Assembly: GCA_902464635.1 (NCBI GenBank)
Contig: CABQKC010000009.1
Span: 4,224 to 68,223, forward strand
Direction of reading: 5' to 3'
Origin: an uncultured Bacillales bacterium
GTDB taxonomy: Bacteria > Bacillota_I > Bacilli_A > RFN20 > CAG-826
DNA length: 64,000 bases
Shown here: positions 1 to 10,087 of the stretch, one piece after another
How positions within the stretch are numbered: position 1 is the first letter of the stretch
How the letters are laid out: the number at the start of each line of letters is the position of its first letter
The notes under the pieces: generated by a model
What the model saw: the letters and a program-made list of their open reading frames with translations, nothing else
Database searches by the model: none
Told to the model about the DNA's origin: nothing
Position numbers and translations under genes: made by a program

Positions 1-84
1 AGTACATCAATAACATTCTGCATAAGCCTAATTATATAGCAAAAATGGTTTTTACTTTAACTAACTTCATCTAAAATAGTGTCT

Positions 85-996
85 ATGAGCGAGCAAACAT
101 TTTCTTACCAAATCGAGGAAACTACATTAAATAGATTAGTAAAGGAATATTCTTATATTTCTAGCAATCCTAAAAATGAATATATTGTTTTCTTTGCATC
201 CAAGCCTAAATTCTCTATTTCTATATTTATTAATAAGAAAAAGGAATATAAAGTCGTTTTCCAAGGGGAGTTAGCTAGAAAAGAAGCGTCAAGAATGGGA
301 TTTAATACTTCTATTCCTAAAAAAATAAGGACTTGCCCACCTAGGCAAAACAAATTAGATATATTTGTTCCCCAGATTGGATCAGATGAAGTTGGGTTTG
401 GGGATCTATTTGGTCCAATAATAGTCGCGAGTAGTTATATTGATTCAGCTTTGCTTGAATACATCACTTCTTTAGGAGTAACGGATTCTAAATTATTGAC
501 TGATGAAAAAATATTAGAAATCGGACCTAAATTAATATCTAAAGTACCTTATTCTGAATTATATTTGCCACAGGAAAAATATAACCAAATAGAGCAAAAT
601 GGCTTCAATATGAATAAAATCAAAGCTAAGATGCATAATCGGGTGCTTCTTAATCTAGCGAAGAAATATCCAACTGCCGAACTTAAGATTGATCAATTTG
701 CTAGCGAGCCTATTTATTATTCTTATTTAAAAGAAGAAAAAGAAATCGCTCGCCCAATCGAATTTTCTACAAAAGGGGAATTAGTTTTCCCTTCCGTTGC
801 AGCCTCTTCCGTAATTGCTAGATATGCATTCTTAAAAAGAATGGAACAATTGGATAAGATTTATGACCTCCATTTCCCATTCGGAGCAAGCGCGAAAGTC
901 GATAAATTTGGGGTTGAGTTTGTTAAGAAATACGGAAAAGAAGAACTAAATAAAGTCGCGAAGATGAATTTTGCCAATATATCTAGGATAATTTAG
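85..996 (+). CDS. rnhC: Ribonuclease HIII
   Basis: GSDEVGFGDLFGPIIVA catalytic block and C-terminal HFPFGAS block; about 300 aa with an N-terminal extra domain typical of RNase HIII. The track starts at GTG 79. ATG 85 is preferred because TAAAAT (72-77) lies 7 nt upstream. Confidence 0.85.
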   Translation: MSEQTFSYQIEETTLNRLVKEYSYISSNPKNEYIVFFASKPKFSISIFINKKKEYKVVFQGELARKEASRMGFNTSIPKKIRTCPPRQNKLDIFVPQIGSDEVGFGDLFGPIIVASSYIDSALLEYITSLGVTDSKLLTDEKILEIGPKLISKVPYSELYLPQEKYNQIEQNGFNMNKIKAKMHNRVLLNLAKKYPTAELKIDQFASEPIYYSYLKEEKEIARPIEFSTKGELVFPSVAASSVIARYAFLKRMEQLDKIYDLHFPFGASAKVDKFGVEFVKKYGKEELNKVAKMNFANISRII

Positions 997-1912
997 ATAA
1001 GGCAGATTTAAAATAATCTGGTAAAGGAGAGATGAAAGTCATCTCCTTTTTTAGATTTGGGTGAAAGAAACTTAATTTATAAGCATGCAATAACTGCCCA
1101 TCATTAAATAAGGTGCGATTGCCTTTGCCATAAACTAAATCCCCAAGCAAAGGATGTCCTATATAATCCATATGGACCCTTATCTGGTGAGTTCTTCCTG
1201 TCTCGAGTTTGCATTCAATGTAAGTAGCATCGCTAGAAAAGAATCTTTCCAATACAACAAAATTAGTAATGGCTTCCTTACCGGACTTGATATCAACCGC
1301 CATTTTGATTCTATTTTGTTTGTCTCTTCCTATAGGAGCAATAATCTTGCCTTCATTTTCATTTATTATCCCTTTTACGATGGCCTTATATTCCCTATGC
1401 ATCGAATGGGTTGATAATTGGAGTTGGAGTTCCCTTAATGTATCTTCTTGCTTTGCTACTACTAACAATCCCGAAGTATCCTTATCGATACGGTGGACTA
1501 TTCCTGGACGGATATAGGAAGAAGTCTCTGCTAATTCTTTTTTCCTAAAAAGCAATCCGTTGACTAAAGTTCCGTCGCTATGGCCATTCCCTGGATGGAC
1601 GATTAATCCTTTTGGCTTATCAATGACCATTAGATAATCATCTTCATAGATGACTTCAAAAGGAACGTCTTCCTCTTTTAATTCTAGTTCGCTCTCTATA
1701 TATGGATAAAAGGAAATCTCATCACCTTCACTTACTAGATAATGGGCTTTCTCGTTTTTAGAATTGACTAAACAGTCCCCATTTTTAATCAAAGTGGCGA
1801 CTTTGGATCTAGAAATAGCGGCCTTATGGAGAAAAAGATATTGATCAAGCCTCACATTGGCTTCATCTTTATTTACTATTAACGTCTTCTTTTCCTTCAT
1901 CTTTAGCTTCAC
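983..1912 (-). CDS. rluD: RluD-type 23S rRNA pseudouridine synthase (RluA family with N-terminal S4 domain)
   Basis: HRIDKDTSGLLVVAK and GRTHQIRVH motifs; S4-like N-terminus (RLDQYL). The exact start is uncertain (MKLKMKEKK) and overlaps the end of lspA. Confidence 0.9.
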   Translation of the reverse strand: MKLKMKEKKTLIVNKDEANVRLDQYLFLHKAAISRSKVATLIKNGDCLVNSKNEKAHYLVSEGDEISFYPYIESELELKEEDVPFEVIYEDDYLMVIDKPKGLIVHPGNGHSDGTLVNGLLFRKKELAETSSYIRPGIVHRIDKDTSGLLVVAKQEDTLRELQLQLSTHSMHREYKAIVKGIINENEGKIIAPIGRDKQNRIKMAVDIKSGKEAITNFVVLERFFSSDATYIECKLETGRTHQIRVHMDYIGHPLLGDLVYGKGNRTLFNDGQLLHAYKLSFFHPNLKKEMTFISPLPDYFKSALSKLS

Positions 1913-2525
1913 TTTCTAGAGGGTTTTTGTTATATGGATCATTCTTGCTAGATTTAACTGAATCGATTATTAGGATTATTACCATCATAATAACCCCGAT
2001 AGTTAGATAAGAATCTGCTAAATTAAATACCGCGAAAGGATTAACAAAGCTATTTGGAGCACCAGGTCCACCGCCTAGATAAAATTGGATAAAGTCAATT
2101 ACCCCATCAAATCCAGTTATATTAGACCAATAGAAGGCGCGGTCAATTAGATTGCCAAATGCCCCAGAAAGAAGCAAGCAAGCTGTAGCCATCTCTAGAT
2201 AATTCATCTTTTTGACATTCTTAATCCAATAAAATGCGATTAAAACCGACATTACGATAGAAATAACTATATTAATAGCCCTTCCAGCTACTCCATCTAT
2301 TCCTAATGAAAATGCAATCTTGGTATTATGGTAAAGAGTAACATATAGGAAATTAGGGATAATGGCCACTTGATCACCAACATTAAGGAATAATTGACAC
2401 ATCCACTTGGAAATTACATCAAGAACAAATAAAGCAAGGAAAAGGGAAAAGAATATGATTATCCCTTTTCTTGTCTTTTTGTCCATGGAAAGGAATTTTT
2501 CCTTTAATTGTCTTAATTTATTCAT
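1869..2525 (-). CDS. lspA: Lipoprotein signal peptidase II
   Basis: Four-TM protein with NLIDR and FNLADS motifs; conserved ileS-lspA-rluD order. Confidence 0.85.
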   Translation of the reverse strand: MNKLRQLKEKFLSMDKKTRKGIIIFFSLFLALFVLDVISKWMCQLFLNVGDQVAIIPNFLYVTLYHNTKIAFSLGIDGVAGRAINIVISIVMSVLIAFYWIKNVKKMNYLEMATACLLLSGAFGNLIDRAFYWSNITGFDGVIDFIQFYLGGGPGAPNSFVNPFAVFNLADSYLTIGVIMMVIILIIDSVKSSKNDPYNKNPLESEAKDEGKEDVNSK

Positions 2526-5241
2526 GTTCTTCTAAAGCCTTTTTACATCTAGAGCAGACCTTAACGTCATTATAATCTTCTAAGGAATGGAAGTGCTTCC
2601 TGCAGCGAGGGCAAAGTTCGTCTTCGTCGATAAATACCTTGCAAGAATCTTTCTCTCCCTTTTCGAATTTGACATCACTTACAATGAAATAAGAAGCAAC
2701 GCATTCACTTGGCTCGCTCTTGAATAAGGAATATAGGAGGTCATCTTTTATTGTTATTTCAATTCTAGCGTCGCTAGAAGAACCTAGATGTCCATCTTTT
2801 CTTTCTTCTTCTAGGGCTTTTAATACTTCATCCCTAAGAGCATTGAAGGCGATAAATCCTTTTTGGACAGATTCATCATAGACGTGGCTAATCTTAGGCA
2901 TATCTTCTTCTTGGCAGCATTCCTTTTTCGAGCCAGTCCAATATGAATGGACTTCTTCCATCGTAAATGGAAGTATTGGATTTAATAATAAAGTCAAGGT
3001 TCTTAGACACTTATCTAAGACAAACTTTATGCTATCTTTTCTAGCAGAACTGCAGCAATCGCAATATAAAACATCTTTAGAAATATCTAGATAGAAGCTA
3101 GATAAAGTAGCGGACATGAAGTTGATGATTGGATTTAAAACAGAAGCAAAATCATAGCTTTCATAACTAGAAATAGCCTTGTTTTTCACTCTTTCTAATT
3201 CAGAAAGGACGAATTTATCAACCGTAGATAAATGTAATCCATTGGATTCGTTAGGAACATAATTATTTAGATTGCCCAACATGAATTTGAAGGTATTTCT
3301 AATCTTTCTATAATTATCCGTAACAGTCTTGATGATAGATTCTCCAATCCTGCAATCGGCCCTATAATCAACTGAAGCAGCCCATAATCTAAGAATATCG
3401 GCCCCATAAGTTGAGGCAATCTTATTAGGATCAACGCCATTCCCGGCAGATTTAGACATCTTTTGCCACTTTTCATCCATGACAAAGCCATGAGTCAAGC
3501 AAGTTGAAAATGGAGCAACATTAGAGAAAGCAGTAGATAATATCAAACTAGAATTGAACCAGCCCCTATATTGGTCATTTCCTTCTAGATACATATCGGC
3601 AGGATATTTAAGATTCCTATCGATTAAGGTTCCATTCCAGCTAGAGCCAGAATCAAACCAGACATCCATGATGTCGCTTTCTTTCTTGAAGTTGCCATTT
3701 GGAGACTTCTTGTTTTTATATCCTTCTGGCAATAATTCTTTCGCAGTCAAGGCAAACCAGGCCGAAGAACCTTTTTCTTTGATTATAGAGATGATATGTT
3801 CAAATACTTCTTCTTCGATAATTGGAGAGCCATCTTCATTATAGATTATCGGGATCGGTACGCCCCAAAGACGTTGCCTAGAGATACACCAATCACCCCT
3901 GTCCTTAATCATATTGACCATCTTTCCTTCACCCCAAGAAGGAACCCAGTTAATATTAGCTACTTCTTCAAGCAACTTCTCCCTAATTGGAGAAATGGAA
4001 CAGAACCATTGAGGGGTAGCCCTGAATATGACTGGCTTTTTAGTCCTCCAGTCATGAGGATAGCTGTGGATTATGTCTTCTTCTTTTAATAGAAGCCCAG
4101 ATTCAGCAAGCATATCCACTACTTTATTATTCGCGTCTTCATAGAATAATCCGGTTAATGGATCATCTTTTCCTAAATTCAAGACACCCTTTTCATCGAC
4201 TGGGCAAAATGGCTTGATGTTATATTTGGCGCAGGCATTGAAGTCGTCAACACCATGGTCAGGGGCTGTATGGACTAAACCAGTCCCGCTATCTTCGGTA
4301 ACGAAAGCGGCACAGATTATTGGAGAAACCCTATCTTTATATAAAGGATGTTCCAAAACTATTCCTTCTAGTTCGCCACCTTTGAAGGTCTTTAGCAAGC
4401 TAATCTTGCCTAATCCTAGTTCTTCTTTTAACTTTTCTTGCAAAGATACTAGGAATAATAAATTACCCTTATCAGTCTTAAATAACCCATATTCGAATTT
4501 AGGATTGACTGTGACGGCTTGGTCGGCGGGAATTGTCCAAGGAGTTGTAGTCCAAATGACGATATAATCGGTATTAGAAAGCTTATTTTTGCCATCTTTT
4601 ACCTTGAATTTGACATACATTGTCCTAGCTTTGACATCATGATATTCAATTTCAGCCTCAGCCAATGCAGATTCGCTTGATGGAGACCAATAGACTGGCT
4701 TTACACCTTTATAGATAAATCCTTTTAAAGCCATGGCAGCAAATACTTCAATTTGCTTGGCTTCATATTCAGGAAGAAGAGTTAAATATGGATGATCATA
4801 ATCACCTAGGCAACCTAGTCTCCTGATTTCTTCTTTTTGTCTAGCAACTTGCTTTAAGGCATATTCTTTGCACTTTTCCCTAAATTCAACAACGGGGGTA
4901 GCTTTTCTATCAACACCAGACTTAGTAACCATTACTTCAATAGGAAGGCCATGCGTATCCCAACCGAAAATAAATGGAGTCCTAAATCCAGCCATATTCT
5001 TATATCTAATGATAAAATCTTTTAAGCACCTATTAAGGGCATGACCGCAATGGATATCGCCATTTGCATAAGGAGGCCCATCATGAAGCATGAAAATAGG
5101 AGCATCGATTCTATTTTGATTCATCTTTTCATATAGATGGTCTTGCTTCCATTTATTAACTAGAATTGGTTCTTTTTCGCCTAAACCAGCCCTCATAGGG
5201 AAATTAGTTTCAGGCATTGATAGTGTTTCTTTTAATTCCAT
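2518..5241 (-). CDS. ileS: Isoleucine--tRNA ligase
   Basis: 907 aa; HIGH-type HCGHALN, KMSKS and a C-terminal Cys-rich zinc finger. Confidence 0.97.
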   Translation of the reverse strand: MELKETLSMPETNFPMRAGLGEKEPILVNKWKQDHLYEKMNQNRIDAPIFMLHDGPPYANGDIHCGHALNRCLKDFIIRYKNMAGFRTPFIFGWDTHGLPIEVMVTKSGVDRKATPVVEFREKCKEYALKQVARQKEEIRRLGCLGDYDHPYLTLLPEYEAKQIEVFAAMALKGFIYKGVKPVYWSPSSESALAEAEIEYHDVKARTMYVKFKVKDGKNKLSNTDYIVIWTTTPWTIPADQAVTVNPKFEYGLFKTDKGNLLFLVSLQEKLKEELGLGKISLLKTFKGGELEGIVLEHPLYKDRVSPIICAAFVTEDSGTGLVHTAPDHGVDDFNACAKYNIKPFCPVDEKGVLNLGKDDPLTGLFYEDANNKVVDMLAESGLLLKEEDIIHSYPHDWRTKKPVIFRATPQWFCSISPIREKLLEEVANINWVPSWGEGKMVNMIKDRGDWCISRQRLWGVPIPIIYNEDGSPIIEEEVFEHIISIIKEKGSSAWFALTAKELLPEGYKNKKSPNGNFKKESDIMDVWFDSGSSWNGTLIDRNLKYPADMYLEGNDQYRGWFNSSLILSTAFSNVAPFSTCLTHGFVMDEKWQKMSKSAGNGVDPNKIASTYGADILRLWAASVDYRADCRIGESIIKTVTDNYRKIRNTFKFMLGNLNNYVPNESNGLHLSTVDKFVLSELERVKNKAISSYESYDFASVLNPIINFMSATLSSFYLDISKDVLYCDCCSSARKDSIKFVLDKCLRTLTLLLNPILPFTMEEVHSYWTGSKKECCQEEDMPKISHVYDESVQKGFIAFNALRDEVLKALEEERKDGHLGSSSDARIEITIKDDLLYSLFKSEPSECVASYFIVSDVKFEKGEKDSCKVFIDEDELCPRCRKHFHSLEDYNDVKVCSRCKKALEEHE

Positions 5242-5251
5242 AAGTCCTCCA

Positions 5252-5495
5252 AGAAGAAATAAAAAGACGCCATATAAGGACGCCTTTAGCGCGGTACCAC
5301 CTTATTTCCTATATATATGATATAGGCGCTATTAATCTATTTAACGGATAGAAACGGAAAGCCTACATTATTCGACTTTCAGGCTCGGAAGTGATGTCTA
5401 GCGGCGTCCCCTTTCTCAACTTCGGCAGGGTTCTCTGTCTTTGCTTTTAGCGCGTCTTCGTCTTAGCCAAGGCAATTTTACACCACTAGGAAAGA
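5252..5495 (-). promoter_or_regulatory. T-box leader of ileS (Ile specifier)
   Basis: On the minus strand, AGGTGGTACCGCG is the T-box consensus (plus-strand 5290-5302). It is followed by a hairpin plus U-run immediately before the ileS SD. A candidate specifier AUC followed by A lies at plus-strand 5393-5395. A stem III-like hairpin CCTATAT/ATATAGG is present. Confidence 0.85.
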
Positions 5496-5542
5496 TAATT
5501 CACTACCCATTTATCAAACAAATTTAGATATTACTTTAACCT

Positions 5543-5575
5543 AAAAAGAAAACACTTGCCCTTTAAAGCAAATGT
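5543..5575 (-). terminator. Rho-independent terminator after ftsZ
   Basis: 8-bp stem (ACAUUUGC/GCAAGUGU, one G-U pair) followed by UUUCUUUUU on the minus strand. Confidence 0.6.
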
Positions 5576-5600
5576 TTAAAGATGGTTTTACTAAAATAGA

Positions 5601-6743
5601 CTAGTTATCGAATTTCCCGGAGAAGAAATTTGGAAGGAATTTATCTTTACTAGATTCTTCATCTTCCCCATTATTCTTTTCTTCTTCTCTTTCCTTTTTA
5701 ACTGCATTGGCCCTAGCTTCATCGACCCCGTTTCCGACGGTTTCCCTTTTTGGACGGGTAAATGTTGGGGCACTAGTAAAATCAAAGTCTTCGGTGAAAT
5801 CACTAGCAATGACGGAAACTAGAATTGTATCTTCTAATTGGTCGTTGATAGAAACACCGAACTTGATATCGACGGCATTCCCGGCTTGCTCAATGATGCG
5901 GTTAACGCATTCATTTGCTTCGTATAAAGTGACGTTGCTACCACAGGTAACTGATACAATAGCCCTTCTTGCCCCAGCAATAGAAGCCTCTAATAATGGG
6001 GAATTAATCGCATTTTCGGCAGCATCTTCAGCCTTATGGTCGCCACTACCCATGCCAAATCCAATAAGAGCGATTCCAGATCCTTTTAATGTTGATTTAA
6101 CATCGGCAAAATCTAGATTGATGACAGCAGGAAGCAATATCAAGTCGGTTACGGTCTTGACTGATTGGGCTAAGACTCTATCAGATTCAGAGAAGGCTTG
6201 GGAGATAGGTACTCCTCCAGAAGCCATCAACAATTTATCATTAGAGACAATGATAATTGAATCGACCGCATCTTTAAGCTCTCCTAGTCCAGAAACCGAA
6301 TTAGCAATACGTGTCTTGCCTTCGAAAGTAAATGGACGGGTAACAATAGCAATTGTAAGGGCGCCTTCTTCCTTGGCAATAGAGGCCACTACCGGAGCGG
6401 CTCCAGTTCCAGTCCCTCCACCCATACCGGCGGCAATAAAGACCATGTTAGCACCTTTTACGATGGCTCTAATTTCTTCGCTAGATTGTTCGGCGGCTGC
6501 TTTTCCAACGGCAGGATTTCCACCAGCCCCAAGTCCTTGGGTAACTTCTTCCCCAATTACGATTCTATTTGGAGCTTTTGAAGTTGCCAAAGCCTGCTTA
6601 TCGGTATTTAGAACATAGAAATCGACATTATCGATATGTTCATCCATCATCCTGTTGACGGCATTATTTCCAGCACCCCCAACACCGATGACTATAATAC
6701 GGGCCACTGGCTCAAAATTATCTAAATCCATTGTATCATTCAT
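5601..6743 (-). CDS. ftsZ: Cell division GTPase FtsZ
   Basis: GVGGAGNNAVNRM and GGGTGTGAAP tubulin signature; 380 aa. Confidence 0.97.
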   Translation of the reverse strand: MNDTMDLDNFEPVARIIVIGVGGAGNNAVNRMMDEHIDNVDFYVLNTDKQALATSKAPNRIVIGEEVTQGLGAGGNPAVGKAAAEQSSEEIRAIVKGANMVFIAAGMGGGTGTGAAPVVASIAKEEGALTIAIVTRPFTFEGKTRIANSVSGLGELKDAVDSIIIVSNDKLLMASGGVPISQAFSESDRVLAQSVKTVTDLILLPAVINLDFADVKSTLKGSGIALIGFGMGSGDHKAEDAAENAINSPLLEASIAGARRAIVSVTCGSNVTLYEANECVNRIIEQAGNAVDIKFGVSINDQLEDTILVSVIASDFTEDFDFTSAPTFTRPKRETVGNGVDEARANAVKKEREEEKNNGEDEESSKDKFLPNFFSGKFDN

Positions 6744-6755
6744 AACTTACCCTCT

Positions 6756-8003
6756 TTATAAGCTATCGTCATCATAGCTTTCCTTGCTTTTCCTTGCTTT
6801 TTCTTTCTTATTTACCCTAGAGACATCAGGCATGCCACGATGGTTGTCTTCTAAGGTTCCTTTATATTGGCTGACAATAAGTATCAATCCCAATAACGAG
6901 ACAAAATTAGGTTCCCTTGCCCCGATTGCATTCGGGCTATATCTAATAATTTCTTTGTTTTGATAATGGTTAGCAAAGAAAGATTCTAGCCCTGCTAATT
7001 TAGAGCCTCCACCGATTAGGATAATAGGAGCATTATCATAATGGCCATTATAGGCGCTTAATAAAGAAGCAATCGCATTATCCAAGGTAACAAAATAATC
7101 CTTCATGAATATTGAAATTAGTTCATTAAGGTCCTTTTGGTAATACTTGACCTTGCTATTTGAAGCATCGATTCCATTAATGAGTGGAAGAGAATAGCTC
7201 TTAGTCCTATTATCGTATCCATATCTATGCTTTAAGTTAATAGCCTCATCTTTGCTGATGCAGAATTCCTTTTGGATATATCTAGTCAAATCATCCCCTC
7301 CTATAAAGAAGGATGCATTTGAATAAGGAGAACCTTCCCCAACAAAGGAAACACTAGTGATGCTGCCACCTATATCGACCAAGATATAGGTCTTTGGCAT
7401 GTTTGCATTAGTAACAATAAGGCTAGATGCGCAGAAGCAGCTTGGTTCAGACTTAATAACCCTGTATCCTGACAAGTTGGCATTTTCTTTATAGAAAGTC
7501 ACCACTCCATTTGGAAGGGCATATATCTTAGCCTTCTCGGTAAGGGAAGAAGATATCTTTCCTAATGGGGGATTAGAATATCTTTCCCCGTTTTCTAAGA
7601 TAAATTCGTCTGGGATAGTATCAACGATTGTATAATTTTCCGGCAACGGCTCTTTTGTAATAAGAGAGGTAAGGTTAGATAAATCAATTCTATTGATCTC
7701 ATTATTTGAATCGACTACATTAGTAGTCTTTTCATTTTGGAATACTTTTAGCCCAGAAGAAGGAAGTACTAAATTAATATGAGAAATAGTGATGTCTAGT
7801 TTTTCCTCGTTATCGCGGATAGAATGAAAATCCGCCAAGGCACTATTAAGTACATCTTTATTTACCGATCTATCTTCATTTAATAGATTCGGTATCTTTT
7901 TTTCCTTTGTATATAAAACTATTGGGGCACCATTTAGGGCATATCCAATGAGTAATCTAATCGAAGAAGAAGTTATTTCTAAGAACGCTTGAGGTTTATC
8001 CAT
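6756..8003 (-). CDS. ftsA: Cell division protein FtsA (actin-like ATPase)
   Basis: Sits immediately upstream of ftsZ. Actin-fold blocks (DIGGSITSV, LIGGGSKLAGL); 415 aa. Confidence 0.88.
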   Translation of the reverse strand: MDKPQAFLEITSSSIRLLIGYALNGAPIVLYTKEKKIPNLLNEDRSVNKDVLNSALADFHSIRDNEEKLDITISHINLVLPSSGLKVFQNEKTTNVVDSNNEINRIDLSNLTSLITKEPLPENYTIVDTIPDEFILENGERYSNPPLGKISSSLTEKAKIYALPNGVVTFYKENANLSGYRVIKSEPSCFCASSLIVTNANMPKTYILVDIGGSITSVSFVGEGSPYSNASFFIGGDDLTRYIQKEFCISKDEAINLKHRYGYDNRTKSYSLPLINGIDASNSKVKYYQKDLNELISIFMKDYFVTLDNAIASLLSAYNGHYDNAPIILIGGGSKLAGLESFFANHYQNKEIIRYSPNAIGAREPNFVSLLGLILIVSQYKGTLEDNHRGMPDVSRVNKKEKARKSKESYDDDSL

Positions 8004-8092
8004 ATTTTTTACCTGATATATATTAATATATCTATTCAGTTAAAAAAAGATTAACCGATAAATTTTTAGTAGTTTTTCTTTACCTTTTTAGC

Positions 8093-8121
8093 AAAAAAAG
8101 AGCCGGTGAAGGGAAACCGGC
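8093..8121 (-). terminator. Hairpin plus U-run between the small ORF and ftsA
   Basis: GCCGGT/ACCGGC stem (8102-8107 / 8116-8121) followed on the minus strand by CTTTTTTT. Confidence 0.55.
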
Positions 8122-8140
8122 CCGAGTAGCAAGCTCTTAT

Positions 8141-8374
8141 TTATTTTTCTTCTTCTATATAGGAAGAAGTTAAGATTTCATCGGATTTATCTTCTTTGGT
8201 CTTTTCAACTTGGGTTGAATTTTCTTTGCCATTAACGGCATAGACGGTATAAGTAATCGCGATTGGGGCGCTAGAAACCACTAGTAAAGACAAAACGAAA
8301 ATCGATGTACGTAAAATAGTCCTGAACCTATAATAATTTTTCTTGTGTCCGGTTTTTACTAATTTGTCTTTCAT
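8141..8374 (-). CDS. Small bitopic membrane protein in the ftsL position of the mraZ-rsmH cluster
   Basis: 77 aa with a basic N-terminus, one TM segment (IFVLSLLVVSSAPIAITYTVYAV) and an acidic tail. A good SD (AAGGTGA) lies 6 nt upstream of the ATG. There is positional analogy only; no sequence motif was recognised. Confidence 0.6.
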   Translation of the reverse strand: MKDKLVKTGHKKNYYRFRTILRTSIFVLSLLVVSSAPIAITYTVYAVNGKENSTQVEKTKEDKSDEILTSSYIEEEK

Positions 8375-8393
8375 AATGATTCACCTTGCCTTT

Positions 8394-9332
8394 TTAATTT
8401 TCGATTCGTTTTATACCTCTTAATTTCGATGAGATTGAACGTCTATTTTCGTTTTCTTCTTCTATAGTTGGAATAATTGGTTTCTTAGTCAAATTAACAA
8501 ATTTTGGCTTTTCGATTTCATCTGGAAGCAAGTTTATTCCGTGCCTATTACCTTCAATGGTAGTTAATTTAGTAAATGCTTTCTTAACCAATCTATCATC
8601 AAGTGACATGAATGTTATGATTGCAAGAACCCCATTTACATTAAGTAATTCCGGGGCATCGATTAACATTTGCTTCAAGGCATCTTCTTCTTTGTTTACT
8701 TCGATTCGAATCGCCTGGAACGTTTGCTTTGCTGGGTGTCCTTTTTCTTTTAATGAGGACTTTCTTTTGCCAGCTTTAATCGCATCTACTAATTCAAATG
8801 TAGTCTTAATCGGAGATAATTCTCTTCTTTTTAATATGGAATAAACGATACCTTTGCTATCTTTGTCTTCTCCATATTCGAACAAAACTCTTTCTAGTTC
8901 CTCTTTTGAGTAGGAATTAACAACATCAAATGCAGTCAATTTAGATTCTTTGTTCATCCTCATATCTAGAGGTGCATCAAATCTATAGGAGAATCCCCTG
9001 CTCGCCTCATCTAATTGAGGGGAAGAGACACCTAAATCTGCAAATATTCCATCGACTTTATCTATCCCTAATTCATTTAGCTTTTCTTTTAGATTGATAA
9101 ATGAAGAATGGATAAAGGTAACTCTAGGGTCATCTTTGAATTTAGCTTTACCATAAGAAATGGCATCTAAATCCATATCGAAGGCGATTAATTTGCCTTG
9201 TTTACCAATTTTTTCCAAGATCAATGAGGAGTGGCCTCCTCTTCCAAATGTCAAGTCGACATAGGTCCCTCCATCTTTTATATCTAGGAGAGAAATAGAT
9301 TCATTAAGCAAGACGGGAATGTGATTATCCAT
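8394..9332 (-). CDS. rsmH: 16S rRNA (cytosine1402-N4)-methyltransferase RsmH
   Basis: HIPVLLNE start, DLTFGRGGHS SAM motif and DLGVSSPQLD block. Confidence 0.95.
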   Translation of the reverse strand: MDNHIPVLLNESISLLDIKDGGTYVDLTFGRGGHSSLILEKIGKQGKLIAFDMDLDAISYGKAKFKDDPRVTFIHSSFINLKEKLNELGIDKVDGIFADLGVSSPQLDEASRGFSYRFDAPLDMRMNKESKLTAFDVVNSYSKEELERVLFEYGEDKDSKGIVYSILKRRELSPIKTTFELVDAIKAGKRKSSLKEKGHPAKQTFQAIRIEVNKEEDALKQMLIDAPELLNVNGVLAIITFMSLDDRLVKKAFTKLTTIEGNRHGINLLPDEIEKPKFVNLTKKPIIPTIEEENENRRSISSKLRGIKRIEN

Positions 9333-9751
9333 TAAAGGCCCTTTCCGAATCCCGCTAACGATGATGAGGCTATATATTTGCTATATAGGGTTGGATTCCA
9401 TATTTCGAAATGGTCAAGAACCCCAATGATAGTGACTTGGGAAGAAAGGGAGAACTGTTCAGCGACATCTTTCCCAATCGATATCCTGCCATGACTATCT
9501 AGGCTTACTGGCAAAGCTGAGCCGCTAGTAAGTCTTATGAATGCCCTTTTCTTATCGTCAAGATAATCAAAATCATTCATCTTCTCGACCAATTTATCAA
9601 AACTAGAACGAGGATAAACGCTTAAGCATCCATCAAGTCCGCAGGAGAGAATGAAGTCATTTTCTCCTTCCTCAACAAGCTTCGGAGGTAGTTGAAGTCT
9701 GAATTTGTTATCGATGGATCTATTATATCTACCAATAAATTGCTTTCCCAC
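9332..9751 (-). CDS. mraZ: Transcriptional regulator MraZ
   Basis: 139 aa with duplicated SpoVT/AbrB-like halves (DNKFRLQLP ... DSHGRISI). GTG start at 9751, directly upstream of rsmH. Confidence 0.9.
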   Translation of the reverse strand: MGKQFIGRYNRSIDNKFRLQLPPKLVEEGENDFILSCGLDGCLSVYPRSSFDKLVEKMNDFDYLDDKKRAFIRLTSGSALPVSLDSHGRISIGKDVAEQFSLSSQVTIIGVLDHFEIWNPTLYSKYIASSSLAGFGKGL

Positions 9752-9773
9752 TTTTTCCCACCTTCGTATTAAT

Positions 9774-9802
9774 ATGATACCTATAGGTAATTATTTATTC
9801 AA
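9774..9802 (-). promoter_or_regulatory. Candidate sigma-70-type promoter of mraZ
   Basis: On the minus strand, TTGAAT (9802-9797), a 17-nt spacer, then TATCAT (9779-9774). This leaves a leader of only about 15 nt before the start codon. Confidence 0.5.
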
Positions 9803-10087
9803 GAAAATATTAAACTTTTTTAGGTTAAAGACTTTATTGGGTAAAATGTCCTATCTATCGATAAAATCTAGCCATTTTGATATACAAAATAAATCGAAAT
9901 AGGCAAAACAAGAGAATTCTTACTTGATATTTTAAAAAATTTGACAGAAGAGAATAAAAATCCACTTTTGACCATTTTTTGATGAAATCCAAAAATATAC
10001 GAATTTTAAATTAGTGTCTATATTTAGGATGTCATCCCTACCTAGATAAAAATTACTTTGCTAGAATAGCTTCGAAAGGGGGAGGCT

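Noticed and set aside
5707-6618. 303-aa ORF on the plus strand, antisense to ftsZ
   Set aside because: It is a shadow ORF inside a strongly supported gene. It has Ala/Ser/Pro-rich low-information composition, no SD and no motif.
9705-9902. 65-aa plus-strand ORF in the mraZ upstream region
   Set aside because: It overlaps the mraZ start and promoter, has no SD and has a low-complexity AT-driven sequence. It is likely spurious.
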